DNA of 63,180 bases, counting the filler, from Reticulomyxa filosa (taxonomy: Eukaryota; Protista; Foraminifera): the NCBI GenBank assembly GCA_000512085.1. It is 18 parts of 18 records of this genome, joined end to end, with 100 filler letters (N's around TTAATTAATTAA, not from the genome) between each part and the next. Parts side by side here need not be neighbours in the genome. Positions count along the whole stretch, not along the records: positions 6,503 to 19,735 come from ASPP01023913.1; positions 19,836 to 24,276 come from ASPP01011326.1; positions 24,377 to 31,475 come from ASPP01012927.1; 15 more parts are not named here. The stretch is one strand, 5' to 3'. Each line of letters begins with the position of its first letter. Positions within the stretch are counted from its first letter, which is position 1. Below are positions 12,725-26,556 of the stretch, in pieces. A program made the position numbers and the translations under genes. The notes below the pieces were generated by a model, which saw nothing but the letters and a program-made list of their open reading frames with translations, was not told where the DNA came from and searched no databases.

Positions 12725-13198
12725 CCATCCGTTTGACTCTTGTGAAGACCTTGCTTTCTTGTTGCTGAGCTCACACACACAAAGCATAACAATACGCTTT
12801 ATCAGAGTGCTTGCGTACACTGTCGTGTGGGACAATGTATTGTCTTTAGTCAACACAAAATTTATATTAAAAAATATTAAGCACCGAACGTGGCTAGGAA
12901 ACTTCCAAAGTCTGAGGCAATTGCTTTGGTTATATCAAAATGTTGAGAACTCATCTCTCTTTAAGTTTTTTTTGTTTTGTTTTTTGCCCTGCTTTTTTTC
13001 TTGCTTGAAATATTAGTAATCCGGTTATTGCGTTTTTAAGAGAATTTTAAATAAGTTTCACCACCGATTATAATTTATGCAGATTTAAGAAGTTTTAAAA
13101 CAAATAAATACGAACAAGAAAAGGGAATATCCGTAGTGATTTCAAAAAAAAAAAAAAAGCAGGTGCTCATTATTTGCAAATCGTATTTAAAAGAGAGA

Positions 13199-14392
13199 AT
13201 GATAATTGAGTTTGTTTATACTTGGTTGGGCCTGTGGTTATTGTATATAGCCCTTTCTTATTTCAGTCGGAATTATTTGATTGAATCATTGAACAAGAGA
13301 GTGGTTCTTGTGACTGGCTGTGACACCGGGTTTGGAAATTACATCTGTCGAAAATTGGATTCGATGGGAGTGCATGTTATTGCCACATGCTTGCTGCACA
13401 AGAGTACAGAGGAATTGCAACAGCGGTTATCAAAAAAATGTCAAGTGTACGTAATGGACGTAACAAAGAAAGAAGAGATTAGTCAAATATTGGAAAAAGT
13501 GGAAAACTATATGAAAGAGAATAAACAGCTAATGTTTTGGGGGATTGTGAATAATGCAGGGATTGTGGATTATTGTGCATTTGAATTGGAAAGCAGTTCA
13601 ATGTTTGAAAAAGTGGTGGAAGTAAACTTATTGGGATGTGTAAACGTGACTCGGTTTTTTTTGCCATTGGTGCGAGCAAACACAGTCCGTCCGCAAAAAA
13701 AATCGACTGGCTCCACCAAAATGTGGAGTCGCCCCTTTTGCAAGTTAGTCCAAAATTACTTTTGGAACTGCGGCGGGGCTGGGCGAGTTGTAAATATCGC
13801 AAGTGTTGCAGGTCGCATAGCGGCTCCATATTTGGAGTCCTATCATTGCTCGAAGTTTGGAGTCATCGGTTTCACCGACAGCCTCCGTCACGAAATGTGG
13901 CCACATTGGAACATTTGGTTAGTATACGTTCCAAAAAATTTTTAAAAAAATATAGAGGGACAAAAAAAAAAAAGGAGTCAATAAAGAGACTGTACTTGTT
14001 CAAAAAAATACAAGCACAGGTGTAGCACGGTGGAGCCTTCGTTCACACGCACTCCATTGTTGACAAATGCATGTGATTTGAATGCGTGCGGGACAAAGTT
14101 TGACTTGATTGTCAAAGACAATCCTAAGTTAAGTCAGAGTTATGACAAGTCCAAGTGGCTGTCTGTCAGTAAAAATAATGACTCGCTTATGCAAACCTAT
14201 ATAGCGAGTGACAACATTGATCAGGTTTATCAATGTGTGTTTCATGCTTTGTTTGACAAATATCCTTCCAAGTCTTATTACCCAAATTGGCAAGCTCTTT
14301 TCTTAGGCTATGCACACAAATGGATCCCTTCTATCCTTCTTGATTGGGTTGTTGCACTGATCTTTGACACTGATATTTTGTATACTAACTAA
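13199..14392 (+). CDS. Short-chain dehydrogenase/reductase (retinol dehydrogenase/17beta-HSD6-like), 2 exons
   Basis: TGCDTGFG, NNAG, catalytic YHCSK. Intron ~13918-14019 joins NIW|CSTVEPSF. Confidence 0.92.
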
Positions 14393-15379
14393 GTCATTTT
14401 CTTTTTTACTTACTTTGTGATGATAATTTCAAAATATTCGCTATTCAAGCCCATCTTACATATGTTTCAAAACAGATCAAAAACATAGTCAGTGATAAAA
14501 TTAATTTCTTCACATTTTCTTTAATTGAGTTCCAATATTCTTTTTTTTTTTAAGTTTGATATCTTACCTTTTATTGAATTTGCTCAAAACGGTGCATTTG
14601 CGTTTACTTTAAACGACATAGACTTTTTGTATGTTTTAATAACAATAAAAAATTTCAAATTTGATAATAGCGTATTGACATCACTTTGTTGTCTCTTTGT
14701 CAGCATTCGACACAGATTCATCTCTTGCGAAAACCCGAAGAGATTTAAAAATTTGGATTTGTTTTCCTTTTGAAAATATGTCAACGTAACACACAATATT
14801 AGTCTTTAGAAGATACAATTCGCATTCAAATATAAAAGAAAATTTATAATTAATAATTGCATATCAAAGCTACTAAAGATTTATATAACATTTTAAAGAT
14901 TACATCAGATTTATTGTTCAAATCATTGGAGCTGTAATTATTAAATTGCTAGTTTCCATAATGTAACTCACTGTTAAATTACAACATCTGCAAACAATAT
15001 TTGCGAATACAATTGATAAAACAAGCGTAATGCATACTAACAGTTTTTTGAATAATTTAAACATTTCTGATCTGTGGGTAATGACAAAGACATAATGTTT
15101 TTTGCATACGATGTCATTTATTCATGGAATGGTAGTCGCCAATTTATTTTTTAAGTTGATTGTTAAATTTGATTCTAATTTGGGCCAATAAAGGAAAATC
15201 TGCAAACAACATCCTCAACAATCAGTAAAATTTTAAAAACCTACTTTAATTACAAGTCGTGATAATTATTCAAACAAAGCTAAGTAACAGTAAGTAGTCA
15301 TGAATAAAAAAAATTTCATGAAACCCTTTCAAATCTTGATGATATAGCCTATTGTAAAAAAAAAAGATCAAAACAGTAA

Positions 15380-16739
15380 ATGGCTTTGGTAGAAGTTGGC
15401 ATTTTTCCATTACCTGGTCTTCTAAACGAGACAGATACTCTTTGTCTCTCTCTCTGCGAGACCTCTAATGGCACAGAAAGCTCGAAATTGCGGCCAAGTG
15501 ACGCACCCGACGTGTTTACTCTTGGGCCATGTACCGAAGCGCCACCAAAATATGCCATGGAAGTGAGGAGTGAATTGGGTTTTGGCAAAGTCGAAATGCC
15601 TTCTCCTAATCCGACAAACAACGAATATTCGAAGCATTTCGACGAGCCGCTTTTGAAAAAACAACACGAGAACAACAAGAGTGATGTCGAAAATGTAGAT
15701 AACATCGCCGTTTCAAATCAGGAATCAGCTCGAGACCATAAAAAAGACTCTCGTGAATGGAAATGCAATATATGTAACGCTGTCTTTACTAAAGCGGTGA
15801 AATTGAAACGTCATTTAATATGTGTGCACTCAGGTTTTGCACCTCTTTTTTTTTTTGTTTGTTTGGGAGAGAAACACATTTTTGATGACAAAGCAAAAAA
15901 AAAAAAAAAATCGATTCCCTTCTTTCTTTTTTCCCTTCCTCTCTCTCTCTCTTCCCCCCCTCACCCTTTTTTTTTTTTATGGTAGTTAAATATGTAAATT
16001 GTATACTGTAGATGAACGACCTTACAGTTGTACGTATCCAGATTGCAAGAATACCTATAAACGTGCAGACCATTTGAAAAGACATATATTGACACATACA
16101 AAGGAGAAAAAATTTGAGTGCCATTTTATGGGTTGTAGACAATCCTTTTTTTTGAAACACCATTTAAAAAGCCACATTAATTACGTACACTTACATCTGC
16201 ACTGGAATACTTGCAAAGAGTGTGGTCTTCGGTTTGCAAGGAAAAGAGATTTGGCCAAGCATACGCTGGAATGCCACGCTGAAAAGTGCACAACCATAAC
16301 GCATCCTTGTTGTCATATTTGTCACAAATTGTTTTCTTGCCAAAGATTGTTGGCAAGGCATTTGAAACGACATTTTTCAGAACGCAAAAAAACAGAACGC
16401 ACTACCAAAAGACGTAAACCACAACGTCAATTACAATGCAATTTTTGTCAACACAAATTTGTCGTTTTGCACGACCATCTTAAAAAAGAGCGAAAACTCC
16501 AGCATATTGCTGCATTTCAAAAGCGCTTTGCGTCCGAGTTTACCGATCGTCCAGAATTACTCAAACGCTTCACCAAAGCATTGCATTATCAAGAAATCGA
16601 TGGAAAACCCTCCTTCTCAGTTAATGTCAAGATTTCCAAAAAAGAGACTGACGTCCTTGGACCTTTTGAGTCTATCGACGTCGCTTATGAAAAGTGCCGC
16701 TTCTACGTCGATCCGGTCCTTGTGTCTTTGTTTGCATGA
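15380..16739 (+). CDS. Multi-C2H2 zinc-finger protein (TFIIIA-like fingers), 2 exons
   Basis: CNICNAVF...HLICVH|ERPYSCTYPDC...HILTHTKEKKFECHFMGC and further fingers. Intron ~15833-16010. Confidence 0.9.
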
Positions 16740-17100
16740 AATGGACTTTGTTCCATTTTGTGTTGATATTTTAGTTTTGGTTTTGTTTGTTTTTTTTTTC
16801 CCTTTTCCGATTTGATTTATTCATTTTTTTTTTTGCACTCCAAAGGAAAAGGGAAAAAAAAAACAACTGCCTCCAATTTTTATTGTCATTCACATGAAGT
16901 ACATTTTGAACAGAAACAAAAAAAAAACCTTTCAATCATTTCAACAAAAAAAGAAAAAAAACAAAAAAAAAAGCAACGCATTTTTTGATAACCAAATATC
17001 AATGATGTAAACATTTTTTTTTTTTTTGTTTCCTCCCTCGCTATTTGATGTCATTATGTTTGAAGAAAGAGGAAAAACAATTATCTAAAAAAAAAAAAAA

Positions 17101-18670
17101 TTAGACTTGTTTGTATCCAGTCAAAAGTTGGGAATAATCTTCACTCCTGACGGACCAAGTCAAAGGTTTTCTAACAAAATTGAAGGAAAAGTCGTACTGA
17201 TAAGCCAGGAAATCATTCCAAACGTAAATGGATTTGTTCAACAAAGCGACTAAATAAAACACTTCAAAATCTTGCAAGCTGAGGCCATTGATAAGATTGT
17301 TGAGGTAATGAGTTCCAAACTGATGCAAAATGGACACCAATCTGCTAAAGCTAACATGTGGACTCTCCGCATCGACTCCACAACTGATGAAATAGAGCCT
17401 CAGTTGTTCCATGCCAATGTGTCCAGTGGTCGGATCTTTGTACGAGTCAAAGGCATTGAAGACAAACGTGCACAGCGGTGGGATTAACAACAACTCCAAC
17501 TGCATAGTGGGTGACTCCGACAAATGGCAACGTATAACCGGAATTGGAAATCTGGAGTCCACTTTGATTAAGTTAGGAATATCGAGCGCAGTCATGTCCT
17601 CTTTCAAGCGTTCGCCGTGGCAATGCAAATAATACTGGCGGAAGTTGCTACTTATTTCCTTTTGGATCATATTTTTGAAGGTAAACACACTTGACACATG
17701 CATTTCATTCTGGAACATTTTGCCCTCCAAATCTGTTTTTTCGATGGGAGGACTAAACATAAACAACGAATGCAAAGGGATGTCCATGTGGTGAGCCAGC
17801 TGCAAGTGGATCAACCCATACCAATAATCTGCAAACTCCAGTATCAATGTCAACACGTTCACGTCCACATGTGTTTGATTTTTTTGTAACACTTGGTTCA
17901 ATGCGATCCGAGAATTCGACTGATTTTTTTTTTTTTTTTTTAAGTTGATTAATTTTTAAAAAAAAGAAAGCACTCGCGTACGTATATATATACACACAAT
18001 ACTTGTTGCTCGATACTTTGTTCTCGGTGTGTGATTATGAACTTTTGCATGTCGTCCAACCATGATTCAATGGATGAATTTTTTAGTTGCAAAAAGTTCA
18101 TAAAGGGCACCATTTCGAAGTTGAACAAGTGACAAAATTTTTGCGGCAGTAACACCTCGAACCACAACGCTCGGTAAAATTCGTAGCTGTTGCAGGCGTT
18201 TATTAGGCAATCGGCTGACCCAATGCACAATTGCTCCAAACTTTGCTCAAATCCGCTGCATAATACCTTCCAAAGGGATATCGCTGCATCTGTCGACAAA
18301 GTATAATATGTGTCAAAGTATTGATCAAATATTATTTTCAGGGTTCGTATTTGCCCTGAGAATCTGCAAAATGATGCTATTGAATGGTTGACTTCTGACC
18401 ACGCTTTAATATTTTCATGTGTTGTCTGGATTACCACTTTTAGTTCCGTGATATTCGTGAATTGAAATTTGTCTTGGCTGTGACTATTTTTCTCGTTCAC
18501 TTCCTCTGTGTCCACTGGTTTATGTTGATATTTTTCTCCTGACAAGAGCAATGTAGCAGAATAATCTCGGAACAATAGGATGAGGAAATTATCATTCGGG
18601 GATGATTCTGATGACATAGCTTGAATATTAAGCAAATGTTCTTTTATGTTGTTGCCCCATGTCCAATCTG
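17101..18670 (-). CDS. Hypothetical protein, at least 2 exons, C-terminal EF-hand-like region
   Basis: ORFs 17949-18635 and 17101-17901 join in phase across an intron at ~17920-18003 (EQQ|SNSRIALNQ). Contains FNAFDSYKDPTTGHIGMEQLRLYF. Confidence 0.6.
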
Positions 18671-19206
18671 AGAAAAAGATTCTTCTTTAAAAGATAATTT
18701 CATGTGTTTTTATGTGTGAAAAATTTTAAAATTATCATTTCAGCATATCTTCCGTTAGTTTTAGTCTGGACTTCAATTAATTCCTTACCACGATTACAAA
18801 AGTTAATTTTTTTAGCAAGTTGAACATTTTCATACGATCAATTTTATTTAAATCTAATTTCGTGTGGAAAGTTTTGACTATTACAAAGCAGTAGATTGTC
18901 GAAATTTGAGATACCAAGTTTTCTTTGCTCAAATGATATTACAAAACAACAGATCTTTAAGTAATAAAAAGTAAATAAGCATTTACTAAAAATAAAAAAA
19001 TTAAAGATTGTCATTGACGAACAATATTGTATGTTTTCGAATATATAACCATAGTTACATCTAACATACACTATTTTCTAACGTGATGCAACTTTGGAAA
19101 ACACAGTTCAACTACATCAAATTACTAAAACTTCGTTAGTCCTGAAAGGATCTTATTTTATTTATATCCGTCTCTCACGCTCTCTTCTCAATAGATCTAT
19201 AATAAG

Positions 19207-19698
19207 ATGAATGTCTTTATTGATCATTTTTTGCTTGTATTGTGGCAAGATTTCTTATTGGATAGAACATTTCAGTGGTGGTCAGCGTTTTTTGCGATCT
19301 ATTTTGTGTTGGGAACACTGGCGTTGATCGGCTATTATGCATGGGTGAACAAGCTGTTGGGAAGACCTCTGAATGTGAAGCAAAACGCCCAAAGCGCGGT
19401 CCGATCGGTGACGAAGCTGGTGTCACTGTCACACGCGTCGTTGATGATATTGCGTAGTTATATATTGGCAAAAAGGTACAACTACACATTTAATGACGTG
19501 TTGATAGGTTCGCACGTACGGAATGATCGAAGGTTCTATGGGATTTTGGACATGAATATGAGTTACTTCATCATGGACTTGTTGCACATGCTCATTGTGA
19601 CCCCTTCCATTTCTTTCATCGTCCATCATTTCATCGGAATGTTAATCCCTTTTTCTATCAAGGCATTTGACATCGGTGCAGTTTCATGGTGTTACGGG
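19207..19698 (+). CDS. TLC (TRAM/LAG1/CLN8) domain membrane protein, partial
   Basis: LVSLSHAS...SYFIMDL...FIVHH motifs. Truncated by the contig end. Confidence 0.8.
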
Positions 19699-19704
19699 TA
19701 CGTA

Positions 19705-19735
<31 letters not shown>

Positions 19736-19895
19736 NNNNNNNNNNNNNNNNNNNNNNNNNNNNNNNNNNNNNNNNNNNNTTAATTAATTAANNNNNNNNN
19801 NNNNNNNNNNNNNNNNNNNNNNNNNNNNNNNNNNNTTATTCATATTATTATATACTTTAAAAAAAAAAAAAAAAAAAAAAATAAGAGGCTCTAAA

Positions 19896-20432
19896 TCAAC
19901 ATACAGGCGGCTTTTCTTGTGCAAGTGCAATGACGGTTTTCATGGCCAAAATTTTAGATATTGCAGTGGCAATTTTGGTGTCGATATGTTTTTCATTAAA
20001 TTTTTTATGGATATATCCTTGGTCAATTAGATACTGCTTTTCCTTTTTACTTATGTTGCGACCGTCGTATCCATCCATCACCACGCACTTGACTCCGTTT
20101 CGATCGAAATATTCACATATGTCCAAACTATTCTTGCGCCGCACTTCGTTCCATTTGGCACTCATTACTACGGCTATCACCTCTCTCGATGGGTCCAATG
20201 TTGCTGTCGTATTCTCACTCAGTCGTATCCCACTTTCTCGAAATAAGTGCGTGGAAGACATGTACATATAAATCGCCATCAAACATAAAAATACATTCCC
20301 CACCCCACACCATAACACGTATTTTCTCAGCAGTACTTGCGATCTAAGCTTTTCTTTTTCATTTTCAGGGTCTTCTCGTTTTTCTTTTCGTGTTATATGC
20401 GCTATATTCAATATTTGCCAACTGTTTGACAT
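19896..20432 (-). CDS. Type II membrane protein, glycosyltransferase family 25-like, partial
   Basis: N-terminal TM segment, then VVMS...RR, MDGYDGR and IATAISK, resembling GT25 (D.vDG; eigC.lSH). Truncated. Confidence 0.5.
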   Translation of the reverse strand: MSNSWQILNIAHITRKEKREDPENEKEKLRSQVLLRKYVLWCGVGNVFLCLMAIYMYMSSTHLFRESGIRLSENTTATLDPSREVIAVVMSAKWNEVRRKNSLDICEYFDRNGVKCVVMDGYDGRNISKKEKQYLIDQGYIHKKFNEKHIDTKIATAISKILAMKTVIALAQEKPPVC

Positions 20433-20975
20433 TTGTATCTATTCATTTATTGGAAAAAAAAAATTATTTGCCCCTTTGCACCCTTCTCCTCCAACACGCC
20501 GTTCAAACGTTTGAAACTTTCTTTTTTTCCCTGATCTGTAAATAAAAAAGGAAACTCTGAAAATATCTTTTGTTACTTTTATTTTCCTATAAAAAACCCA
20601 TGACAAATGTATCAAATCTTCAAATTGTTTTGCCCAAAATCAAGGGTTATCCTGTTTTTTTGGCTAATCTTTGAGCCTTTTTTAAAACATAAATTATTGG
20701 GAAAAGTATGTAGAGATACAAAATGTGCGTCCATCAATCAAATGGACAACAGCAAAAAAATTTCGCAATTACTATTCGAATAAAAGGAATAAAATAATGA
20801 AATAACAGTAACATAATAACAATAAAAGATGAATGACTTTTGTTGATTTTTTGAAAAAAAAAAAAAAAGAATATCAGACAAATTATCTCCATTAAATTCA
20901 AAAAAGAAAAGTTAAAGAATGAGTACAACTAATACAAATAAAAAAAGAGCAACAATAGAGGGAGGATCATGACTG

Positions 20976-22728
20976 TCATGGGATGTCCTGAACAGATGCC
21001 AAAGCGTGAGGCTCCACGATACAGTTTTTGCGCCTGTACCAAAAGATGAGAGTTAAAATGACTGTGTCTTGAAGAAAGCACAAAAAACTAGAAATGATCC
21101 AAGGCAACACGGAAACAAGCAAAGAGTTTTTTAAAAAAAGGTCTGGTATAATCAACATCGAAAAGCACTGAGCACAATTGCCACAAAGAGTCAATGTAAA
21201 AAACAGAGGGTTTAGTCCAAACGATGTTCGACTTCGTAGCATTAGATCCAATTGCGGGAAGCGACTGGCGATATAAATGACCGCACTAATCCAGCCAAAG
21301 ACGATACCAATCTTATTCAGAACTTTCCATGAACTGCTTTTTTGTCATCTTCCGTCAGCAAATATCGCGACTCATTCATTTGCCACTGTGTTATTTCGAT
21401 CAAATTCATCAAGGTAATTAGCGACAGCATTGTGCCAGCCACCTGTTTTCTCGAACTCTTTATTCTAATAGAGTCGTCGGCTGTCTCTTGACTCTCCACC
21501 ATTGTGCAAACTTTTAATTACATTGTCCCCCCCCCCCAAAAAAAAAAACAGAGTGTGAAATGAAAAAGAAGTGAAGGAGAAAAAATTAACTCAAACAAAT
21601 AAATTTATTATACATACAATTTTTTTTTTTTTAAAAAAAAAAAAGTACTTTTGTTTTGGGGCTGTGCATCAGATTCGCCATTTTTTGCATAAGTCTTTGC
21701 ATTCTGACAATTTACCAACGGCTGTTTCTCTCCTTGCACAAATTTACTCAGGCTGTTAACACGAGGCAAGAACCACAACGATCTGAACTTTCTCGAGTGA
21801 TCGTATTGCGCATCGTTACTCGTTATAACTGTCGGAGTGCCGTTGTGGAATACGTTATTGTTATTGTTATTGCTGTCGCTGCCGATTTTGAATTTTCGCC
21901 TACGTCTCACTGGTATTAACTCCGCTGCTGTCTTGGCACGTCGGTCATTCCGCCATTTTTTCAACTCGACTTTCAAGGGATGTTCCAGACACATGTCCAC
22001 ATTGAACATACGCGGAGTAACGTGAGCCACCTAAAAAAAAAAAAAAGAGCTCTATAATTTTTGGATTTTTTTTCAATTAAAAAGATGTGCTCACTTGTAA
22101 GGCCATTTTCAATTGTGGTACCATTGCCTTGACGAGTGGCTCCACTCTTTCTTGAGGTTGAGGTATCGAAACGACAATATTGTCTTCTGAAATAACTTGT
22201 TGCTTCTTTTCGAGACTTGGAGAGGGGAGACTCTTTTTCTTTTCTGTACATATTTCATAATGCACAAACTGCAAAAATGCGATTAATGTAAATACCAAAT
22301 ATGCCATCGCCAATGCAATGTTGGTTATTAAATTTTGTGTAAAAAAGCATCCGAGCAAGTTGCATATATCCCCTAATAGCCACAAGAGCCAAAACCAAAA
22401 AGATTGGGACTCCGCACTTTGATTTTTAAAATTGCTGATGATTTGAGGCAACAACGCAAAAGTCCATACAACCACTGAAAACCACCCAACGACGAACGAT
22501 ATCTCATCGTATATCTACTTTCCTCAATTTGTGTAATTTAATTGTGTGTTTACTTTCCTCGCACGTTTCTTACGAAGCAAGATTAGAGGCAAAGAGAGAA
22601 GAAAGAGGACGGAAAAAAATGCACTGGCTCACATTATAGATGCACACTCCAAAACGCTCGGTAAATCTCCAACGCAAATGCTCTCCTGATTCATTGATTG
22701 GAAGACAAGATCCGCTGAGAACTGTCAT
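20976..22728 (-). CDS. PQ-loop lysosomal/vacuolar cationic amino-acid transporter (PQLC2/Ypq-like), 4 exons, one 1-bp frameshift
   Basis: Two PQ loops: WTFALLPQIISNFKNQSAESQSFWF...GDICNLLG and GWISAVIYIASRFPQL...GLNPLFF. Frameshift in the T6 run at 21338-21343. Confidence 0.88.
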
Positions 22729-23170
22729 TCTATTTTACTTGCCAGACAGGAATTTTTTCTCGATACCAAGCTGTATTTATTCGCCCCAAACGACTTTTTT
22801 TTGATAAAACGGCAGTTTACTCTTACAATCAGATTGCTTCAGTTTTCTAAATCCAATGATAGTTTTGAATCAACTTATGCAAAAATAAGGGTTAGGAATT
22901 TGCAATAGTTTGAAGCCAACTTTGCTTATCTTAAGGAGATGATGTTAATGAAATATTCGAATTAATGTGATGTGAAGTAAAGGTAAAACTAAGTTTAATT
23001 TAACAAAAGCCCAAAAGTAGCAACCCAGAGGATAACTTTCAGTACATTTGACAATAACCTCCGCTTTGCTGTTTTTGGAAAAAGACAAAAAAAACGAAAC
23101 TTGGTCTAGATTTTGGTTGCAGGTACTTGTCAAAGTATTTTTTGTGCATTGTAATCATATCCGATTCGCT

Positions 23171-24195
23171 ATGTCAGAATCCAAAGAAAAGTTTTGTTGG
23201 TTGCAAGTTTCTGTGCTAATGTTGAAATAGAAAGGATACTCATAAATGTGTGGGATGCCACAGGCGTCAAGGAAAATACCGCCACGTGTACGGTGAACCG
23301 GCAAAACCGGAAAATCAATTTTTGGATTTAAAGAATCCTTTTTGTAGCGGTGAGGGTAACTATCTCAAATGCAATACGCGATTTTTTGCCGTAGCAAAAG
23401 CAGGTGCGTGAGTAGTTGAAATATATTAAAGGGTTGAAGTATCAGTTGTTTGATGTAGTTGTTTTTTAAAAAATGAAAAAAACTTTGAAAATCACCGAGG
23501 AAAAAAAAAAAAAATCGACATTTTTGAAATAAAGGTGGTGGTGGCCCATTGTACATCCGTCGATTGGACGACCCTGGCCGATTTGGCGTGACGGTACCAA
23601 CGTTAAGTGTTCACAAAGGCACAACATGGGACTTTGACTTTCACCCATTTTTGGTGAACATGGTCGGCACTGCTTCGGAAGATTGCCATGCAGCAATAAC
23701 ACAATTCCCAGAGGAGGGTCTTACAGACAGTGTTGAGTCGAATTTTATTTTTTTTAAAGAACAAATGAATGTCTACTATTCATATGCACTTACATTTCTT
23801 TATTTCTATTTGTGATGAGATGGATCAATGTGTATGGGCTATGTACAAATATGTATATATTATATGTGTGTGTGTGTGAATTGCTCAGATAATGACACCA
23901 ACAGTATTGTTAGAAGGACATCAAAAGAAGGTGACATTTATCCGCTTTAATCCCAGCGCAAACAACATTGTTGCCACGGGAGCGTTTGACCGAACGGTCA
24001 AAGTGTGGAACATTGAGACAGGATCGTGCGTGAGCACTTTTGACCAATGTCAAGATACGGTTATGACCATGGAATGGAATCACGATGGATCTCGCATCGC
24101 TTGTGGAGGCAAGGACGCTGCCATTCGAATCTATGATCCCAGAAACATTGATCAAGCACAAACGATTTCAGATACCTTTGATGGTTCCAAAGGAA
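23171..24195 (+). CDS. Coronin, 5' part
   Basis: RQGKYRHVYGEP, GGGGPLYI, HKGTTWDFDFHPF, LEGHQKKVTFIRFNPSANN, EWNHDGSRIACGGKD...YDPR. Confidence 0.93.
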
Positions 24196-24422
24196 GGTTA
24201 AACTTTATTTTTTTTTTTTCATTTTTTTTTTTTTTTAATCTCATTTCCTCAACTTTTCTACCAAAAAAAAAAAAAANNNNNNNNNNNNNNNNNNNNNNNN
24301 NNNNNNNNNNNNNNNNNNNNTTAATTAATTAANNNNNNNNNNNNNNNNNNNNNNNNNNNNNNNNNNNNNNNNNNNNTATATTATATATATATATATATAT
24401 AATATATATATGTATATATTAG

Positions 24423-26153
24423 ATGTAGCTGGTCAATACCAAACGAAACTCCAACCGACTCTAAAGAAGGACTTGCAGGCGACCAATGGCACTAGTATAA
24501 ACACGGAGATAGTATTCGTTGGCGCATTAAAGTACTGCAAGCAAAAGGCGATGCAATACTTCACGCAACACCATATTGACGTGGACGAGGAGAAGATTCA
24601 GTGGGTGATCACGGTGCCGGCGATTTGGAGTGAAGAGGCGAAAGGACTGATGAAGCGATGGGCGAAGCAGGCCAGCTTATGGAGTCCCTCCATCCCCAAT
24701 CAATTGATGATTGCATTGGAGCCGGAATGTGCAAGCATGTGTGTGATGCTGGAGATGAAGGACAACCTAAACACCACTCAGTTCAAGACGGGAGATTGTT
24801 ACATGATGATGGATTTGGGAGCAGGGACTGCCGATATGGTGTGTCATGAGATCATTGGACCGTTTGAAGTGAGAGAAATGATTGCCTCGTTTGGAGGACC
24901 TTGGGGAGGGTCTTATATTGATCAAGATTCATCGTCATCTTCCAACACATCTTTGGCGAACAAAGGATGCACGACTTCCGTGCAATGCATCCCAAGTTCT
25001 ATCTGCGGCTGTTGGAAAACATTGAAAATAGCAAGCACAGGTTCTTCTCCAACAAAAAGACTACAGGCGTTCATCGCATTGAAATCCCTTACGAGTTTGA
25101 TCAATACATGCAAGAAAAGATTGGCGGCAATTTGGAAGAAGTGGTTTCTAATTTTGAATATCTTGGAGAATCTGGGTTTGTTTTGTTTATATATATATAT
25201 GTATATATGTACATATATATACACACATATATGCATATATACATATATAAAAAGATTTGGTTTGAAAAAAAAAAAATTGCCATTCATATGACGGCGCAGA
25301 CTTGTCACTATCTTGCAAATTGTGGGTGAAATTATTCGACTTGAGAATTGACCCAATTATTAAACAGATGAACGATATGTTAAATAAGAATGAAAAGATA
25401 CTGAATGAAAATTAAAGTACATGTGCTTGGTCGGTGGGTTCAGCCAGTCTCGCTATTTGCAACACAGACTCAAACAGCACTACGAATCGAAATACACATT
25501 TGTGATCCCCCAAAGACCCATCTTGTCCGTAATCGAAGGCGCCGCGCAGCTTGCGAGAATCCCTTCGTTCATCGCCTCCAGAATTGTCAAGTGCACGTAC
25601 GGAACTAGTTGTGGCAAATCCATCGGGTATGCTCGAGATCGTCCAGACAAATTCAGTGATGACCATATCAACAAGTACAAATATATCAGTGATATTAATA
25701 ACAAAGAGTATGTCAGTAATTGCTTCCGTACTTTCGTCAATAAAGATGAAGAAGTAAAAGTGGGACAAGTTTAATTTTTTTTTTTAATATTGTAAATTAT
25801 ATTAAAATGTTATCTTTCACTTTTGATTTTATTCACCTTTTTTTTTTTTTTTTTTACAGATGGTTCAACATAGCTATAACAAATCTCAAAAGAATCAAAA
25901 AAAAGCACATGCGGCAATCTTTTGTAGTGAGGAAAGGGACCCCGGAATCACAAACGGATGCAGGTGTCTTGGAAGCATTGAGGTCCCATTTCCTGAAGAT
26001 TTCGATGATATCAAGGACTCTCTTTTTGTTCGCTTTTATTTTGGCGAAACCATAATTCGAGTCACTATCATAATCAAGGGCAAAGAGTATCTTGAAAAAG
26101 AAATACAAATCAAATATGAATATGGCAGTGGCCAGTCAAATATGGTCGAATGA
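24423..26153 (+). CDS. HSPA12-like atypical Hsp70, paralogue A (5'-truncated, two 1-bp frameshifts)
   Basis: WVITVPAIW, ALEPECAS, DLGAGTAD, GGPWGGSYID, LVGGFSQS. Frameshifts at ~24929 and ~25410 relative to paralogue B. Confidence 0.85.
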
Positions 26154-26556
26154 TATGCCTTTTTTCTTTTTTCTGAGGCCAAAAAAAAAAAAAGTTTAAA
26201 TCTAGTTTTTTTCAGACACATTTAAGTTCCTCATTTTGTGCCACGCTTTTCTTCGTGGTCAATGCTTTGAAGTCTTCTTTGACTATAACTAAACATTATA
26301 CATTTCCTCCAATTTTATTTGCTAACTTCGGCAAAGGTTAACAATGATGCCATACACCTATTTTTATAGGTAATCGCTATTAATAAAATACAACAGCTTC
26401 TTTTTAAAAAAATTTTGTTTGCTTTTTTCTTTTTGTGCTGTTTTATTCTTTGTCGTACAACAACTGACCAAAGGTAGGCAGTGTTACAGTCAAGTAAAAT
26501 TTGTCGAAGTTCACATTTTTTGCTTTGCATTACATTTTCAGCTGAAAGAGCAAAAA

